Below, one piece after another: positions 61,620-64,000 of a DNA stretch of 64,000 nt. Under the pieces are notes generated by a model. That model saw nothing but the letters and a program-made list of their open reading frames with translations, ran no database searches and had not been told where the DNA came from. Position 1 is the stretch's first letter. Each line of letters starts with the position of its first letter. The stretch comes from Malacoraja senta (lineage: Eukaryota). The DNA is taken from positions 97,960,001-98,024,000 of the forward strand of contig CM075977.1 in assembly GCA_038087875.1 (NCBI GenBank), read 5' to 3'. The position numbers and the translations under genes were made by a program.

Positions 61620-61969
61620 ACCTGTTCCTTTCGGCAGAGATGCTGCCTGACCCGATGAGCCACTCCAGTGTTTTGTGTCTGTGTTCGGTTTAAACCCGCA
61701 TCTGGAGTTCCTCCCCACACATCATTAATGACTAAGAAAGGTAATGGCCTACATTTTATAGGAACATATAAGTTCCACAACAGGGACATTAAGAAACAAT
61801 CCATAATATTTACAAGTATAACAACTGATTAAGTCAGGAATGGTAATTTAGCGAACTTTCAAAAATGTCAAAAAAGTAATGCCCTCTTCTGTGCCAGGTA
61901 TTTCCAGTGAGGGTCAAGATAACATCACTGAGGACTTGTCATTATTGGGAGATTGAGAGGCAGGGGTGA

Positions 61970-62260
61970 TGTAGATCAGTGTCACTCATGTTAGGAGTCA
62001 TGCTTTTGTTGGCGAGGTGCCAAATTGTTGCACACTGCACAGGATCCCACTTCTTACACAGTGTTGCGTTGCGGCTGTCCAAATAACTGAAGCCTAACAC
62101 CATAATAAAGATCCAAAGACTTTATTAACGACATAGCACAGGTAACTTCATGCTAGCACGTTTTTCTAATAATGCAGGAACAAGGCAGGGAGGGTTACTG
62201 TAAAGCTAGTTGGCGTAACTACAAAAGCATGACTCATAACATGAGTGACACTGATCTACA
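61970..62260. mobile_element. Unclassified 291-bp non-autonomous DNA element with 40-bp TIRs (TGT..ACA)
   Basis: 61970-62009 and 62221-62260 are inverted with one mismatch. Flanks are GGTGA/GGTGG. Confidence 0.7.
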
Positions 62261-63134
62261 GGTGGTGAATGGAGTACAAACATGAAACAAAAATTAAACT
62301 GATCTCCACCAAAATCTAGCATGTAACTGCTTTAATGCTGTTATTTACAATGGTCTTACTAAACATGTCTTCCTCTCCACCTGACACCATGTTCTATCAC
62401 CAGAAGTCAATTCAAAGTCTTGGTCAGAAGGTTTGAATCTTAACACTCTGAGAAAATGTTCAAACTTGTTGAAAAAAACTTTTCAAACTTTATCATCCCA
62501 GACCTTCTGAGAGTTTGGGCTGCTTGTCAACTTACTAATCAGATGTTTCCTCAAAGACCTCTGAACTAGTTGTCCAGAAAGTCTTCTTACTGGGTGACAG
62601 GGGCGGGCAGGAATACCTCTCATTTCTCATAAGTGTGGCTGTAATGACCTATATCATGCACCCCAGCTGTTGCTGCTATTGTCTTCATCCCACTACCTGA
62701 CTGAGTGCTTTCTGCATTTCCTAATTTTATTTCAGCTTTTCAACAGCTATGGTTTTTTGAATTTCGTTCCAAGTTCATATTTAGTTGGGTAATTGAGGAA
62801 AAGACAAAATAATTAGTTTTAATTTCTGCTGAATACTCAGAACAAGGTTTTCAGTTCACTTTTGCAATGCTTGGCCGGCAGCAACGGCTGCCACAGGTTT
62901 CTAGGTCTGTTTGACATCAACTGAAACCAATCAGCCTCTGGATCAATGAAAAGAAAAAATCAATTTTATTCTGAAACTTTGGATTATTGTGAAGATATAT
63001 GGGCAAAAATAAAACTTTTCATTAAATGTCTTGCAACTTACAAGATTTGTTGGAATTCATACAACAGATTGTAATTTTCATTAATGACCCTTATTACAAA
63101 CTTATTTTTGCAAAACAAAGTAGTTTAATGAGCA

Positions 63135-63330
63135 GGTAGACAAAATGCTGGAGAAACTCAGCGGGTGAGGCGGCATCTATGGAGTGAAGGAAATAGGCAA
63201 CGTCAGTCTGAAGTAGGGTTTTGGCCCGAACGTTGCCTATTCCCTTCGCTCCATAGATGCTGCCTCGCCTGCTGAGTTTCTCCAGCATTTTTGTCTACCT
63301 TTGATTTTCCAGCATCTGCAGTTCCTTCTT
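63135..63330. mobile_element. Penelope-derived palindromic element
   Basis: Arms AGGTAGACAAAATGCTGGAGAAACTCAGC and GCTGAGTTTCTCCAGCATTTTTGTCTACCT flank a degenerate core CTGAAGTAGGG..CCCGAACGTT. Confidence 0.8.
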
Positions 63331-64000
63331 AAACAAATAGTTTAATGGGCAACCAGTTTGACCATTATGCATAGAAGTTAATTAAAAAAATATAAACTAA
63401 AACTGCAACAGTAAATCTATACTTTGAGTCATATAACCAGAGTCAGGATAGTAGCCACATCAACTAAAATACAAATATAGCATTGGAAACATGCCGCTCA
63501 TGAGTGAAGTGAGATTCACTAAGCTTTGCAACTGGCAGTCCGATTAGAAGTAATAATTTACACATGTGCAAAACAAGTGTTCTATGTTGTCTTTGGCAAT
63601 CCTTTGAAATAGCTCTGGAGCCTAACACCCTTGTGAGCAGTTAGTGCATGCAGCTTATCAACGGACTAGCAAATGACTCCCTGCAGTATTAACCCAGGTT
63701 AATTATTCGTCAAATATGATTATGCAGTTCTAATGTAAAAATCAGGATACGCTGGATGGAATTTTTCACTCCAGCGATTTGGCAGCTGGTGGAACAGTTG
63801 CAGTAATTACCAGCCCATTGCAGCTGGTGGGTCAGAATTCTGGTCTCTGAAAAAAAAAAGCAATAAATAACCGGCAGAGCGACGATTTGAGCTGTACCGA
63901 TTGACGAGGGAAAAATCTCCAGCTGCTGCAGGTGATAAATGAGAGTCAGTGGTCCTGTTTCTAATCAATACATGTAAATGCTACTCATTACAGATTTCAT

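Larger units (their letters stand above)
59425..61720 (+). mobile_element. Penelope-like retroelement 3' portion (RT linker, GIY-YIG, terminal repeat) split by CR1
   Basis: LTFHPISRRIQHIILRHF..RDRSL..NRRK joins CNTCP after removing the CR1. The GIY-YIG ORF and hammerhead-bearing tail follow. Confidence 0.88.

Overview
Repeat-dense, AT-rich vertebrate genomic DNA with no host protein-coding exon that I can support. It is probably intronic or gene-desert sequence. The repeat inventory (HE1-like V-SINEs, HER1/CR1 LINEs, Penelope-derived elements, a SacSINE1-like copy) points to a cartilaginous fish, probably a skate or ray (inference). Every convincing ORF is transposon-derived. Main elements: (1) a full-length Passport-like Tc1 (DD34E) element at 9480-11097, one base away from an intact transposase; (2) a full-length DIRS1-type tyrosine-recombinase retrotransposon at 18374-23126 with decayed ORFs but a perfectly matched ICR and termini; (3) two L1-clade LINEs, one with a 40-bp target-site duplication (TSD); (4) several CR1 subfamilies, one very young; (5) Rex1/Babar and RTE fragments; (6) six PIF/Harbinger-type MITEs sharing terminal inverted repeats (TIRs), four with a conserved internal palindrome; (7) about 20 Penelope-derived fragments, many palindromic, several carrying a minimal hammerhead-ribozyme core; (8) a teleost-like CORE-SINE; (9) an unclassified TGT..ACA inverted-repeat element. 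Several repeat-free, homeobox-motif-rich blocks look like conserved non-coding elements. Family names come from recalled consensus features, not database searches, and boundaries of old repeats are approximate.
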